A program made the position numbers and the translations under genes. A DNA stretch of 63,558 nucleotides, the filler included, from Elsinoe ampelina (taxonomy: Eukaryota): NCBI GenBank assembly GCA_010093995.1. It is 7 parts of 7 records of this genome, joined end to end, with 100 filler letters (N's around TTAATTAATTAA, not from the genome) between each part and the next. Parts side by side here need not be neighbours in the genome. Positions count along the whole stretch, not along the records: positions 56,903 to 63,558 come from ML992584.1; 6 more parts are not named here. The stretch is one strand, 5' to 3'. The notes under the pieces were generated by a model that saw only the letters and a list, made by a program, of their open reading frames with translations, ran no database searches and had not been told where the DNA came from. Positions 62,901 through 63,558 of the stretch are shown here, one piece after another (the stretch's first letter is position 1; the number at the start of each line of letters is the position of its first letter).

Positions 62901-63558
62901 ATAGTAGAATAGGATCTACTAATAATAGTATTTCCTTCTACTTTAAGACTTAAATATAAGTCTCTTCTAGAGAGATTACTTTCTCTACCTTGTCCTTTAA
63001 CTTTTATATCTCTTCGCATAGGTAAAGCTTATTACCTATAGCTCTTTAATAAGCCTCTTTTGCCTTTTTATAAGCTTCTTTAGCTTCCTTTCTAGTAGCC
63101 TTAGCTATAACTAATTCCTTTCGTAAATAAATATACTTAGACTAGAGACACTACTATTCTAATTTTGTCACTTAAATATTATAACCTAAGTAGTTACTCG
63201 CGATACACTAGCTATAAATACCTAACTGAATGTAGACTTTATAGTCTAACTCTTTTGACTTATAACAAAAGTAAGCTTATAGCATGTTAGTTCTAAATAA
63301 TTTAATAAACTCCGAGAGGTTCTTTCGTGTAGATATACTAGATTCACTATACCTTTAACAACTAGGAGGCATGTTTAGTACATAGCGCGTAAGGACAAGA
63401 AAGGATACTTACTTATTAGAACAACTCGATTAAGGGAGGAGAGTAATGTTATAAACTAGTAGGACAGCTAAAGCGTAGAGACGCTAGGACTAATTAAACT
63501 ACTAGGGTTATTACGTGACCTAGCCCGACGTTTACCTAGTTCTCTATCTTCTCTAGTA
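56903..63558 (+). mobile_element. Near-complete RIP-mutated Ty3/Gypsy chromovirus retrotransposon
   Basis: 5' LTR to ...GTAACA at 57348; gag from ~57466. Protease IIDSGAN (~59576), RT LAYLDNIIIF (~60551), RNase H ETDALDFVIGACL (~60998), integrase DFIGPLP (~61722), chromodomain (~62600-62710). PPT 63432-63446; 3' LTR starts TGTT at 63447. Confidence 0.93.

Noticed and set aside
1..63558. A cross-window biosynthetic or catabolic gene cluster; CRISPR, tRNA or rRNA genes
   Set aside because: Contigs are artificially joined, no backbone synthase is present, and no repeat-spacer array or structural RNA pattern was seen.

Overview
Filamentous ascomycete (Pezizomycotina) DNA, not one contiguous locus. 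Seven contigs are joined by six artificial 100-nt linkers (N44-TTAATTAATTAA-N44) and appear sorted by decreasing length, so adjacency across linkers is meaningless. Four contigs are gene-rich with short spliceosomal introns. They encode a dienelactone hydrolase, fimbrin, an F-box/LRR-like gene plus a pseudogenised paralog, an AA9 LPMO, an SPX phosphate transporter, an HbrB/Bit61-like protein, a mitochondrial carrier, two small secreted peptides, a divergent homogentisate dioxygenase, a partial fungal transcription factor, a membrane protein, an acyl-CoA dehydrogenase, a WDR89-like WD40 protein and a DDRGK1-like protein. Three contigs are AT-rich, RIP-mutated Ty3/Gypsy retrotransposons, one nested with LTRs and a TSD; Ty1/Copia ends lie at two contig edges. 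Most notable: an AA9 LPMO whose conserved Gln-x-Tyr copper-site motif is Glu-x-Phe, a pair of apparently related small secreted Cys peptides (one missed by the ORF track), and an acyl-CoA dehydrogenase whose last intron ends in AT instead of AG. All family calls come from motifs recognised by eye; no searches were run.
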